DNA from: an uncultured Candidatus Saccharibacteria bacterium
GTDB taxonomy: Bacteria > Patescibacteriota > Doudnabacteria > UBA920 > VMFF01
Direction of reading: 5' to 3'
Length of the DNA: 56,763 nt
NCBI GenBank assembly: GCA_964364285.1
Contig: CAYIKZ010000004.1
Span: forward strand, 1-56,763
Shown: in pieces, positions 10,022 through 18,355 of the stretch
Layout: each line of letters opens with the position of its first letter
Position numbering within the stretch: the stretch's first letter is position 1
The notes under the pieces: model-generated
Told to the model about the DNA's origin: nothing
The model's input: only the letters and a program-made list of their open reading frames with translations
Database searches by the model: none
Position numbers and translations under genes: made by a program

Positions 10022-10050
10022 ATGTTAAGGGGAAAATGAAATGAAGTCAA
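10022..10050 (-). promoter_or_regulatory. sigma70-type promoter facing the G+C-rich segment and tRNA-Thr
   Basis: On the minus strand: TTGACT (10050-10045), a 17-nt spacer, then TAACAT (10027-10022). Confidence 0.6.
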
Positions 10051-10051
10051 T

Positions 10052-10090
10052 AAAACCACTAGTTGTTGCTAGTGGTTTATCTTTTATTAT
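10052..10090. terminator. bidirectional intrinsic terminator downstream of the 387-aa gene
   Basis: AAACCACTAG-ttgttg-CTAGTGGTTT with T-rich tracts on both sides. Confidence 0.7.
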
Positions 10091-10130
10091 CTGGAACAAA
10101 ATCAACTTTTTGAACGGGTGTTTTTTATTT

Positions 10131-11294
10131 CTATTTTTTAAGATCACCTTGTCTTATCTCGCTTGCTTTATTGTTTAATCTTTCCCATAGATGATACATC
10201 ACAGCATTTTGAGGTTCTTGATAGGCGTCGTGCCATTGGGCATATTTCCCAACCATTCGCTTTTCCAGACCGTCATATCTTTTTATATTTGCAAATTTCT
10301 CTATACGCCCTCGCATTCTGCTGGGTAACACTGCCCACAAATTAATGTTCTTGTCAGGAAATTTGCCCTTGAGTTCACCTTCTTTTTTGGTAGCCTCAAC
10401 CGCTAACATTATATACGCTTCTTCTATAGAATCAGCTTCTTGTCGCAAACCATCTATTTCTATTTGGGCTGTCTGCATATCATCTAAAGACTTTTCAGCT
10501 TGCAAAGCTATTTCCCTGTTTTTAACTACTATGTAATCAATTGCGGCTTTTTCTTTACCAGCAAATAATCCCAACCTTTTTCTTTGCGCAGCTAAACGTT
10601 CAAGAAATCCTGGTTCCTCAAAAGTATTTAAAACACTCATCGTATCACCTGGTTTTAGTGCTCTGTTAGCTTCTGCAACAATTCCTCCTAAAGCACTCCT
10701 GGTACGCTGTAACATTTGCTCCGCTTTTTCTTTTCTTTCATTAAGGTTTACTTTCTTGCTTACATAGTCCGTCATTCTATAGAAAACATCGTCAGCTTTT
10801 TTTTCTTGATCTGCTTCTAATCTCTTCATTTCTCCTGTCAAATCTCTTTCCTCGTGCTCAGCATAAGCGTCTTTTAAAACTTCGTCTTTCACATCTGGAA
10901 CGCTCATTATAGCGTCATATTTCTGTGATGACTCTTCTCTCTGTTGTGTCAGAGCATATATTAACTCTCTTAAGGACGTGAGATCTGCTTTATCTTTGGG
11001 GTCTGTTAATAAACCTTGTTGTTCTTGGGCTTCAAAAAAAGTCAAAGTTTTTTTAGCCTCTTCAAGCATTGATACCAAACGCTTATCTTCAGCAACCATT
11101 GCTTCACGATCGCCAAGTTGTTTTTTGATGGTTGATGTTTTTTGACGTTTAATTTCTTCAAAACGAGCCTCTAAATCAGCTCTTTGTTTTTTAAGGTCTT
11201 CTAGTGATAAGACTGGCGTTTCCGGTCTTTGTTCTTGTCCTTCTACAGGACCTTCGGCTCCCAGTGTACCCTCCCCTGGTGGTAACTTAGTCAT
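10131..11294 (-). CDS. hypothetical coiled-coil-rich protein (387 aa)
   Basis: Long ORF rich in E/K/Q/L heptad-like sequence. No motif recognised. It has its own promoter. Confidence 0.6.
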   Translation of the reverse strand: MTKLPPGEGTLGAEGPVEGQEQRPETPVLSLEDLKKQRADLEARFEEIKRQKTSTIKKQLGDREAMVAEDKRLVSMLEEAKKTLTFFEAQEQQGLLTDPKDKADLTSLRELIYALTQQREESSQKYDAIMSVPDVKDEVLKDAYAEHEERDLTGEMKRLEADQEKKADDVFYRMTDYVSKKVNLNERKEKAEQMLQRTRSALGGIVAEANRALKPGDTMSVLNTFEEPGFLERLAAQRKRLGLFAGKEKAAIDYIVVKNREIALQAEKSLDDMQTAQIEIDGLRQEADSIEEAYIMLAVEATKKEGELKGKFPDKNINLWAVLPSRMRGRIEKFANIKRYDGLEKRMVGKYAQWHDAYQEPQNAVMYHLWERLNNKASEIRQGDLKK

Positions 11295-11333
11295 AAATGT
11301 AACGCTTTTAATACTATAAACAAACCTATCTAA

Positions 11334-11362
11334 ATCATACGCTCAAGAACAAATTTTTGCAA
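11334..11362 (-). promoter_or_regulatory. sigma70-type promoter of the 387-aa gene
   Basis: On the minus strand: TTGCAA, a 17-nt spacer, then TATGAT. Confidence 0.55.
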
Positions 11363-11390
11363 TTTTAATTAAAAGGAGGAAACACTTTGT

Positions 11391-12377
11391 CTAATGTTCA
11401 AGAATAGTTAATTCTGCTTTTTCTCCGTCTACATTCATAGCAACGACTCCTCCTATCGGAAAAGTAATTTTAGGATCGCTATGACCAAAATCCACATTTG
11501 CAATTATTGGAATTTGCGTTAATTGCTTTTTAGATTTAACTATCTGTCTTAATAGGTCTATAGTCATATTACTTTCTTTTTGAAACCTCCCAAAAACAAT
11601 TCCCTTAACATCTACGAAACCTGGTTGCTGGATCAAGGATTGTAAATCTCTATCAAAATGATGAGGTTGAGATTCAGAATCATCTTCAATAAATAGTATT
11701 GAACCTTTCAAGTCGGGCATATATTCTGTCCCTTGCAATAGATTAAAGGTACAGAGATTACCTCCTAGAAGAGTCCCTTCAGCATTGCCTTCGTTTAATA
11801 CCCAAAAACCTTCGTTACGTAGAGGATTCCTTTTATCTTGATTTCTGTACCACTCATCATCGCTCCATTCATTGCTTGGAGTTATTACAAATTTTTCAGA
11901 ACTCATCAAACACTTTTTAAAAAAATCCAAAGTATAATCAAAATTTAGTTTTTGTCCAAAGGTTGAATAATGTGGTCCAGAGTATGTAACTAAACCTGTT
12001 TTAGTAAAAAATGAATTATTCAAAACTGTGATATCAGAGAAACCACAGAAAACTTTGGGATTATTTTTAACAATATCCCAATCTATTGAGTCTAATAGTT
12101 GATTACTATTAAAACCTCCAATTACAGTAAAAATAGCCTTTACATCTTTGTCTAAAAAGGCACTGTGTAAATCAGAAATTCTCGATTCTATAGATGAGGA
12201 GTCGAAATCATTTTTTTCCTCGACATGCTCTCCAAATGTTAAAATCAACCCTAATTCGTCGAAACGAGATTTTGCAATATCTCTCAGCTCTTGACTAATA
12301 ATCGCTAATGAACGAGCTGGAGCGACGATCCTAACAGTATCGCCTTTTTTCAATTTATTTGGATATATCTTTTGCAT
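11391..12377 (-). CDS. LD-carboxypeptidase (peptidase S66, LdcA/MccF family)
   Basis: GDTVRIVAPA.. N-terminus, the nucleophile elbow GFSDIT, and a C-terminal FGH..P motif. Confidence 0.8.
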   Translation of the reverse strand: MQKIYPNKLKKGDTVRIVAPARSLAIISQELRDIAKSRFDELGLILTFGEHVEEKNDFDSSSIESRISDLHSAFLDKDVKAIFTVIGGFNSNQLLDSIDWDIVKNNPKVFCGFSDITVLNNSFFTKTGLVTYSGPHYSTFGQKLNFDYTLDFFKKCLMSSEKFVITPSNEWSDDEWYRNQDKRNPLRNEGFWVLNEGNAEGTLLGGNLCTFNLLQGTEYMPDLKGSILFIEDDSESQPHHFDRDLQSLIQQPGFVDVKGIVFGRFQKESNMTIDLLRQIVKSKKQLTQIPIIANVDFGHSDPKITFPIGGVVAMNVDGEKAELTILEH

Positions 12378-12399
12378 TATTGTATATTTCAGTTATTTT

Positions 12400-12473
12400 T
12401 GGAGCGGGTAACGGGAATCGAACCCGTATCTCAGCCTTGGGAAGGCCGCATTCTACCACTGAACCATACCCGC
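12400..12473 (-). tRNA. tRNA-Gly (CCC)
   Basis: Reverse complement: GCGGGTA-TG-GTTC-AGTGGTA-GAAT-G-CGGCC-TTCCCAA-GGCTG-..-ACGGG-TTCGATT-CCCGT-TACCCGC-T-CCA. Confidence 0.95.
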
Positions 12474-12490
12474 AACTTACAAAATGTATT

Positions 12491-13348
12491 TTACCTTACA
12501 AGACGCAGTATCGTATAGCTTGATTTTTGAGCAGCAAGCCATTGTTCAAAGTCCCCTGTTTTTATAAATATCTGCTGAACTTTGTAACGCTTTGAGTCTT
12601 TTGGTCCTTTTGAATCACTAGCAAGCACTTTGAATATATGAATACCATATCTAGAATATACCGTATGTACTTTTGTATCTTTCGCTGATTCAATCTCTCT
12701 GAAATATTCTGGAATTAGATCTTTGTAACTAACATATCCTAAGTCTCCACCAAGCTGAGCGCTTAATGCATCTTCACTGTAAGCTATTGCTACATCATCA
12801 AACCCGCTTCCTGAATCCAGCTTAGACATGATTAAGTCATATTTTGAAAAAGCATCTTTGTTTAACTTTCTGTTTGAAGCAAGCCAAACAGAAAGTTTTG
12901 TTTTAACAACATCAGGATATACAAACCAATCCTTAAACTGACTCTCCGAAAGTTTGTATTCTTTTGCTAGCTCTGATTTTTGTGTTGTCTCTTTAAGCAA
13001 TGTGTACGCTGAATCTACATCTTTACTTGAAACTGTAACTCCTTTAGCAAAAAGAAGACTGTATGCAATCTTGTTTAAAACGAGTTGGTTGATGAGTAAC
13101 TCTTTCTGTTCCGTGCTTAATTTCGTTTTCTTTACTTCTTCAGAAACATCAAAACGCGTAAAATATTCTCCTAGAGTTACCACTTTAGAGTTAACAAACA
13201 TTGCTGGTAATGGAATATATCTAAAAAGTTTTTTTCCCAAGACTGAAGAAACTGGCAAGATGTATGCTTGTAATATGAAAAGAAGAATCAAACCTAAAAT
13301 TAAAAACCAAATTCTTTTTTTTGTTTTTGCTTTTATTTTCTTGAACAT
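12491..13348 (-). CDS. membrane-anchored parvulin-type peptidyl-prolyl isomerase (SurA/PrsA-like)
   Basis: N-terminal TM segment and a C-terminal PpiC signature (GGDLGYVS...GIHIFKV). Confidence 0.75.
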   Translation of the reverse strand: MFKKIKAKTKKRIWFLILGLILLFILQAYILPVSSVLGKKLFRYIPLPAMFVNSKVVTLGEYFTRFDVSEEVKKTKLSTEQKELLINQLVLNKIAYSLLFAKGVTVSSKDVDSAYTLLKETTQKSELAKEYKLSESQFKDWFVYPDVVKTKLSVWLASNRKLNKDAFSKYDLIMSKLDSGSGFDDVAIAYSEDALSAQLGGDLGYVSYKDLIPEYFREIESAKDTKVHTVYSRYGIHIFKVLASDSKGPKDSKRYKVQQIFIKTGDFEQWLAAQKSSYTILRLVR

Positions 13349-13350
13349 GT

Positions 13351-13746
13351 TTAAGGATTACCCCCTCTTAGGAAATATGTCACCCATTTATTAAAATTAG
13401 ATTGATTTGCATTTTCTTGTCTTATTGCCTCTTCTTGATTAACAACCTCTGTTTGTGGACTTAGAGCTGAGAAAGAATAAACAACTTCTCCTTCTTTTTT
13501 GAGGTTCAACTGTTGTCTTGCTGCTTGTTCTTTGTAACTATCTGTCTTTAAATATGCAATGAAGTTTTTAACCTCTTCGTTATTTTTTTGAATCTGGTCT
13601 GCTTGTTTAGTTAAAGCATCGATCTCTTTTTGAATACTATGTCTGTTTCTAAACTGGCCGAAACTTACAACTAAAAGAAAAAGCAGAAATATTGATCCGC
13701 CTATTACAAACGCCCTACTCTGGATTATATCTTTAAACTTAGGCAT
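13351..13746 (-). CDS. septum formation initiator family protein (FtsB/DivIC-like)
   Basis: One TM segment followed by a coiled coil and the ...QQLNLKKEGEVVY motif. Confidence 0.65.
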   Translation of the reverse strand: MPKFKDIIQSRAFVIGGSIFLLFLLVVSFGQFRNRHSIQKEIDALTKQADQIQKNNEEVKNFIAYLKTDSYKEQAARQQLNLKKEGEVVYSFSALSPQTEVVNQEEAIRQENANQSNFNKWVTYFLRGGNP

Positions 13747-13749
13747 AAC

Positions 13750-14313
13750 TTAAATGCTTCTTTTAGGCTTTATAAAAACCTTAGCAAACTCAGGTTGAGT
13801 GTATGCAGTCTTAGTGCTTGAATTTGCACCATACTCTAAATGGACCTTCCAGATATAGTCTTTAACCTTTGAAGGATTAGGAATTGCTCTCAAGATTAAA
13901 GAATGATCTAATCCAACAACCTCAACTAAAACATCTCCGTAATGAAAGAGGGTTGAAGAAACTCCTGTGGTTCTAAAACTAACATTTAAAATACGATCAA
14001 GAGGTGTTTCAACAACGGTTTTTTTAAACAACCCTGTATGAACAATGTGTAAAAGTCTTTTCGAAGTAACTATATATACATTAACAGACCAAATTACAAA
14101 AGCATGCAAAGCAAACATTGCGACAAGAACTGTCCATCCAATAAAGATCTGAGCATGGGTGGTTGTTGAAAATATGAAGTCATACTTTAAACCAAGGAAC
14201 CAAGGAATGAAAATAAAAAGAAAAATCTGGAAAACTTTAGGCACAAGTGTAATCTCGTGCTTTCTATAAACCGCTAATAGCTGTTCATCACTATGAAGTT
14301 GGTGTGAAAACAT
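13750..14313 (-). CDS. membrane protein with bacterial PH (YdbT-like) domain
   Basis: Two TM segments followed by a ~80-aa bPH-like C-terminal domain. The assignment is tentative. Confidence 0.5.
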   Translation of the reverse strand: MFSHQLHSDEQLLAVYRKHEITLVPKVFQIFLFIFIPWFLGLKYDFIFSTTTHAQIFIGWTVLVAMFALHAFVIWSVNVYIVTSKRLLHIVHTGLFKKTVVETPLDRILNVSFRTTGVSSTLFHYGDVLVEVVGLDHSLILRAIPNPSKVKDYIWKVHLEYGANSSTKTAYTQPEFAKVFIKPKRSI

Positions 14314-14438
14314 TTTTGTTTCAATATACTGATGATTGAGAGAAAAGCATTAAAATCATGGACAAAACAACAAGGAATATGACTATGTTAACTACTATCT
14401 GAGCTTTTTTTCTGTTCCTAAACATATATTTAAGTATA

Positions 14439-14999
14439 TCACAAAGTCTTCATTTTTTTAGCTGCAAGCAAAATACCTACCACAGTGCTAGTGAACGTAA
14501 TCTTGCTACTTAGAATCATAGAAACAGCTTTTTTCAAAGGAACAAACTGCATTGAGCTGATTCCTTCTACAAACATGTCTGAACCAGAACCTTGTTTTTT
14601 TAAGTCCTGTGCTAAATATATATGGGTTTCTGAATTAGTATGGCTTGGCATTGGGTTACAGATACATAACCTTGACCATTTTTTTGCAACCAAACCTGTT
14701 TCTTCAAACAGTTCTTTTTTAGCTGTGAATAAAGGGGTATGATTTTTTTCTACTCCACCTCCTGGCAGTTCCAAGAACTTTCTTTTGTAGACATACCTGT
14801 ACTGTGAAATCAAACAAACTTCTTTTTTAGAATTAAGTGCAACAATTAAAACACCGTTTGCTAACTTAACATGGGTATACTCATGTTTTTTACCGTCTGG
14901 GAGATATATTTCATCAAGATAGTAAGTACGGAAAGGATGTTTATACAAAACTTTCCTAGAAATTCTTTGCCAAGCTTTGAACTTTGGTTTCTTTTTCAT
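14439..14999 (-). CDS. NUDIX hydrolase
   Basis: Nudix box GGGVEKNHTPLFTAKKELFEETG. Confidence 0.85.
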   Translation of the reverse strand: MKKKPKFKAWQRISRKVLYKHPFRTYYLDEIYLPDGKKHEYTHVKLANGVLIVALNSKKEVCLISQYRYVYKRKFLELPGGGVEKNHTPLFTAKKELFEETGLVAKKWSRLCICNPMPSHTNSETHIYLAQDLKKQGSGSDMFVEGISSMQFVPLKKAVSMILSSKITFTSTVVGILLAAKKMKTL

Positions 15000-15001
15000 A
15001 G

Positions 15002-16786
15002 CTATTTCTTTAATACTGCAAGAAACGCTTCTTGAGGTATTTCTACCCTGCCAACCATCTTCATTCTCTTCTTTCCTTTTTTTTGTTTGTTCAAAAGCTT
15101 CATCTTACGAGTTACATCTCCACCGTACAGATATCCTGTAACATCTTTACGATATGCTTTTATTGTTTCTCGAGCAATGACCTTACCACCAATTGCTGCT
15201 TGCAAAGCAATCTCAAATTGTTGTTTAGGAATTAAATCTTTTAACTTTGCAATCAAATCACGACCGTCTGATTCAGCTGTTGATCTATGAGCAATCATTG
15301 CTAATGCTTCAACAGGTTCTCCGGAAACAAGAATATCAATCTTAGAAAGTTCCCCTGTTCTACTGTCTATGAAATCATAGTTTAAAGAAGCATAACCAGA
15401 TGAAACGCTTTTAAGCTTGTCATAGAAATCAACAATGATATTTGCAAGTGGCATTTCAAATTCCATCAAAACACGATCTTGTCCTAAATACTTAATGTCC
15501 TTGCTTATGGCTCTTCTTTGTATTGAAATATCAAGGATTGAACCAATGTATTCAGCTGGTGTTAATATTTCGACTTTCATCCAAGGTTCCTGAACGCTTC
15601 CAATAATTGAGGGGTCTGGCCATTCAGCTGGTGTATGTATTACTTTTTCCTGTCCATTAGTTAACGTGATCTTGTAGGCAACGCTTGGTGCTGTTAAAAC
15701 AAGGTCTAAATCATATTCCCTTGAAAGTCTTTCCTGAACAATATCCATGTGCAAAAGACCCAAGAAACCCGTTCTAAAACCAAAACCAATTGAGGGAATG
15801 TTCTCTGGTTCAAAAGATAAAGCAGCATCAGAGAGTTTTAATTTCTCCATAGCATCTCGCAACTCTGGATAGTCTTCTGCTGAAGTTGGAAAGATTGTTG
15901 CGTAAACCATTGGCTTAACCAACTTGTAACCTGGAAGCTGTTTTACATCTTTAAACTCTTTAAGAGTCACTGTATCTCCTACCCTAGCTTTTGAAACATC
16001 ACGCAAACCTGTAACAATGTATCCTACTTCTCCTGTTTTAATTTCTGGTTGAGCTTCAAACTTTGGTCTGAAGAATCCAATCTCCAAAGCTTGTGCTTCA
16101 GTGTTTGTTCCAATCATTCTAATGGACTTGTTTTTTGTAATGCTTCCATCAAATATTCTGATAAAAGAAACCACTCCCCTATGAGTGTCATAGATTGAAT
16201 CAAAAATCAAAGCTCTTAAAGGACTATCAGGATTTCCAGTTGGCGCCGGAACTCTTTCAACAACTGTTTTTAATATCTCATCAACTCCTTCACCGGTTTT
16301 TCCAGAAGCATACAAGAGTTCTTCTTCTTTAAATCCAAATATCTTAATTATCTCCTCAGCAGTTTTCTTCCTATCAGAGTTTGGTAAATCAATCTTGTTT
16401 ACCACCGGTATTATTTTCAAGTTATGCTCTAAAGCCAAATGAACATTTGCAAGTGTCTGCGCTTCAATTCCTTGAGTTGAATCAACAACTAAAATAGCGC
16501 CCTCGCAACAAGCGAGTGAACGAGAAACCTCATATGTAAAATCAACGTGTCCTGGAGTATCAATTAAATTCAAAATATATTCTTGTCCATCCAGTTTGTA
16601 ATCCATTCTGACAGGCTGTAGTTTGATTGTAATCCCACGTTCTCTTTCTAGATCCATCTGATCTAAAATCTGATCTTTCATTTCTCTCTTTGAAACAGTA
16701 TTTGTAAATTCCAAAAGACGGTCTGCTAAAGTAGACTTTCCGTGGTCAATATGCGCAATAATGCAGAAATTACGTATGTTTTGCAT
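15002..16786 (-). CDS. lepA: elongation factor 4
   Basis: G1-G4 GTPase motifs (AHIDHGKST, DTPGH, NKID) and the LepA C-terminal domain. Confidence 0.97.
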   Translation of the reverse strand: MQNIRNFCIIAHIDHGKSTLADRLLEFTNTVSKREMKDQILDQMDLERERGITIKLQPVRMDYKLDGQEYILNLIDTPGHVDFTYEVSRSLACCEGAILVVDSTQGIEAQTLANVHLALEHNLKIIPVVNKIDLPNSDRKKTAEEIIKIFGFKEEELLYASGKTGEGVDEILKTVVERVPAPTGNPDSPLRALIFDSIYDTHRGVVSFIRIFDGSITKNKSIRMIGTNTEAQALEIGFFRPKFEAQPEIKTGEVGYIVTGLRDVSKARVGDTVTLKEFKDVKQLPGYKLVKPMVYATIFPTSAEDYPELRDAMEKLKLSDAALSFEPENIPSIGFGFRTGFLGLLHMDIVQERLSREYDLDLVLTAPSVAYKITLTNGQEKVIHTPAEWPDPSIIGSVQEPWMKVEILTPAEYIGSILDISIQRRAISKDIKYLGQDRVLMEFEMPLANIIVDFYDKLKSVSSGYASLNYDFIDSRTGELSKIDILVSGEPVEALAMIAHRSTAESDGRDLIAKLKDLIPKQQFEIALQAAIGGKVIARETIKAYRKDVTGYLYGGDVTRKMKLLNKQKKGKKRMKMVGRVEIPQEAFLAVLKK

Positions 16787-16795
16787 CCCTGAATT

Positions 16796-18355
16796 CTATC
16801 TTAAAAACCTTCTACGCACAACACCCAAAGCGCTCTTTGCTTCCTTAATATCCAAAGCAACAGCAGCTGCAAAATATATTGCTAAACCAGCAATTCCAGC
16901 AAGGAAACCTTGAGAGAATATTGTAATGACTGTGTTGTTACCAAAATGAGAAGCAAAGACCTGTAAAGAAATATATGTCACAGCAGCAAGCATTGCACTC
17001 GCTAGAATAATCTTTGCGCTTGATTTAAAAATGTAATAACTATCAAGGTCTTTAACTTTAAAAGTTAATAAAAGGTACAACAAGAAAGCATTAAGCAAAC
17101 TGGAAATTGTAAAACCCCAGATAATACCATATGCACCCAAGGTTCTTGAAAGGAAAATTGAGAAAAGCACATTCATCCCAAGACTAAACAAACCAACTAA
17201 AACCGGAGTTAATGTATTTTGCCTTGCATAGAAAGCTCTTGAAAAAAGCGGTGAAAGACCTTGCGCAAAAACACTGAATGCAAATATTCCAAGCATGTTC
17301 GCTGTTAACTTTGTTGCTTGCCAATCAAAATTCCCTGAACCCAAAACCACACGAACAATCTGAGCACGAAGTAATATTAAAAGAACTGAAATTGGAATTA
17401 AGAAAAACAATATATTAACAACTGTTCGACTTAGAGTCTCTCCGAACTTTTGATGATCTTCTCTAGAAAATTGTTCTGAAAGATCAGGAAAAGCAGCTGT
17501 TGCAAAAGAAATACCAAACATACCAATCGCAACCGCCTGTATATTATTAGCAAGATTAAAACCAGAAACAGTTCCTGACATCAAAGTTGTTCCAATAATA
17601 GACGCAACCAACAAACTAATCTGTGAGTTATCAATCCCTAAAATCCTAGGAACAAAAAGCTTTGCAACCTTTCTAACTCCAGGATGTTTAAAATCCAAAT
17701 TTGGTTTTAATTTAAATCCAGAAGCAAGAGCACCAAACATTTGGATACAAAGGTGTAACAATGCTCCAAGAATTACACCATAAGCTAAACCCTTAATTCC
17801 ATAGATTGGATACAGATATACAACACCAAAAATTATCCCAAAGTTGTATATTATAGGTGCTAAAGAAACTAAAACAAAACGTCTAAGAGCATTTAAAACA
17901 CTCCCAAAAACACTTGAGATTGTAAAGATAATCGGAGAAAGCAAGAATATCTTTGTTAGCATTACAGTGTCATCAAACTGCTTACCACTAAACCCAGGCG
18001 CCATTAAATGAGTTATCTGTGGCACAAAGATATACAACACCAAACAAACCACAGACATCCCAAAAAAAGTAACACTCAAAATTGTATTCGCAATGCTATT
18101 CGCTTCTTTTTTGTCTTTAATGAAGTAATCTGTAAAAACAGGAATAAAAGCAACAGAAAGAGTTCCTAAGATCAACAGATTAAAAACCAGATCTGGAAGT
18201 CTGAAAGCAACATAATACGTATCCAGTGTTTCTCCAATGCTAAACTTTCCTGCAAGCAAGTGGTCTCTGTAAAGACCTACTAATCTTGAAAGCAATGTAA
18301 AGAATGCAAGAATAGCTGCTGATTTTAAGATGGTTGTTTTTTGATTAACGTTCAT
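16796..18355 (-). CDS. murJ: lipid II flippase MurJ (MviN)
   Basis: Protein with 14 or so TM segments and the MurJ N-terminal LSRLVGLYRD motif. Confidence 0.9.
   Translation of the reverse strand: MNVNQKTTILKSAAILAFFTLLSRLVGLYRDHLLAGKFSIGETLDTYYVAFRLPDLVFNLLILGTLSVAFIPVFTDYFIKDKKEANSIANTILSVTFFGMSVVCLVLYIFVPQITHLMAPGFSGKQFDDTVMLTKIFLLSPIIFTISSVFGSVLNALRRFVLVSLAPIIYNFGIIFGVVYLYPIYGIKGLAYGVILGALLHLCIQMFGALASGFKLKPNLDFKHPGVRKVAKLFVPRILGIDNSQISLLVASIIGTTLMSGTVSGFNLANNIQAVAIGMFGISFATAAFPDLSEQFSREDHQKFGETLSRTVVNILFFLIPISVLLILLRAQIVRVVLGSGNFDWQATKLTANMLGIFAFSVFAQGLSPLFSRAFYARQNTLTPVLVGLFSLGMNVLFSIFLSRTLGAYGIIWGFTISSLLNAFLLYLLLTFKVKDLDSYYIFKSSAKIILASAMLAAVTYISLQVFASHFGNNTVITIFSQGFLAGIAGLAIYFAAAVALDIKEAKSALGVVRRRFLR

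Noticed and set aside
9569-10039. 156-aa plus-strand ORF, plus the 9702-9965 plus-strand ORF
   Set aside because: The 156-aa ORF starts inside tRNA-Thr on the opposite strand, and both give nonsense-like products. Both are by-products of the G+C-rich composition.
14321-14425. 34-aa hydrophobic micro-ORF (MFRNRKKAQIVVNIVIFLVVLSMILMLFSQSSVY) in the NUDIX / PH-domain gene spacer
   Set aside because: It has no SD or promoter that I could identify. AT-rich spacers readily yield such ORFs. Without conservation data it is too weak to call.
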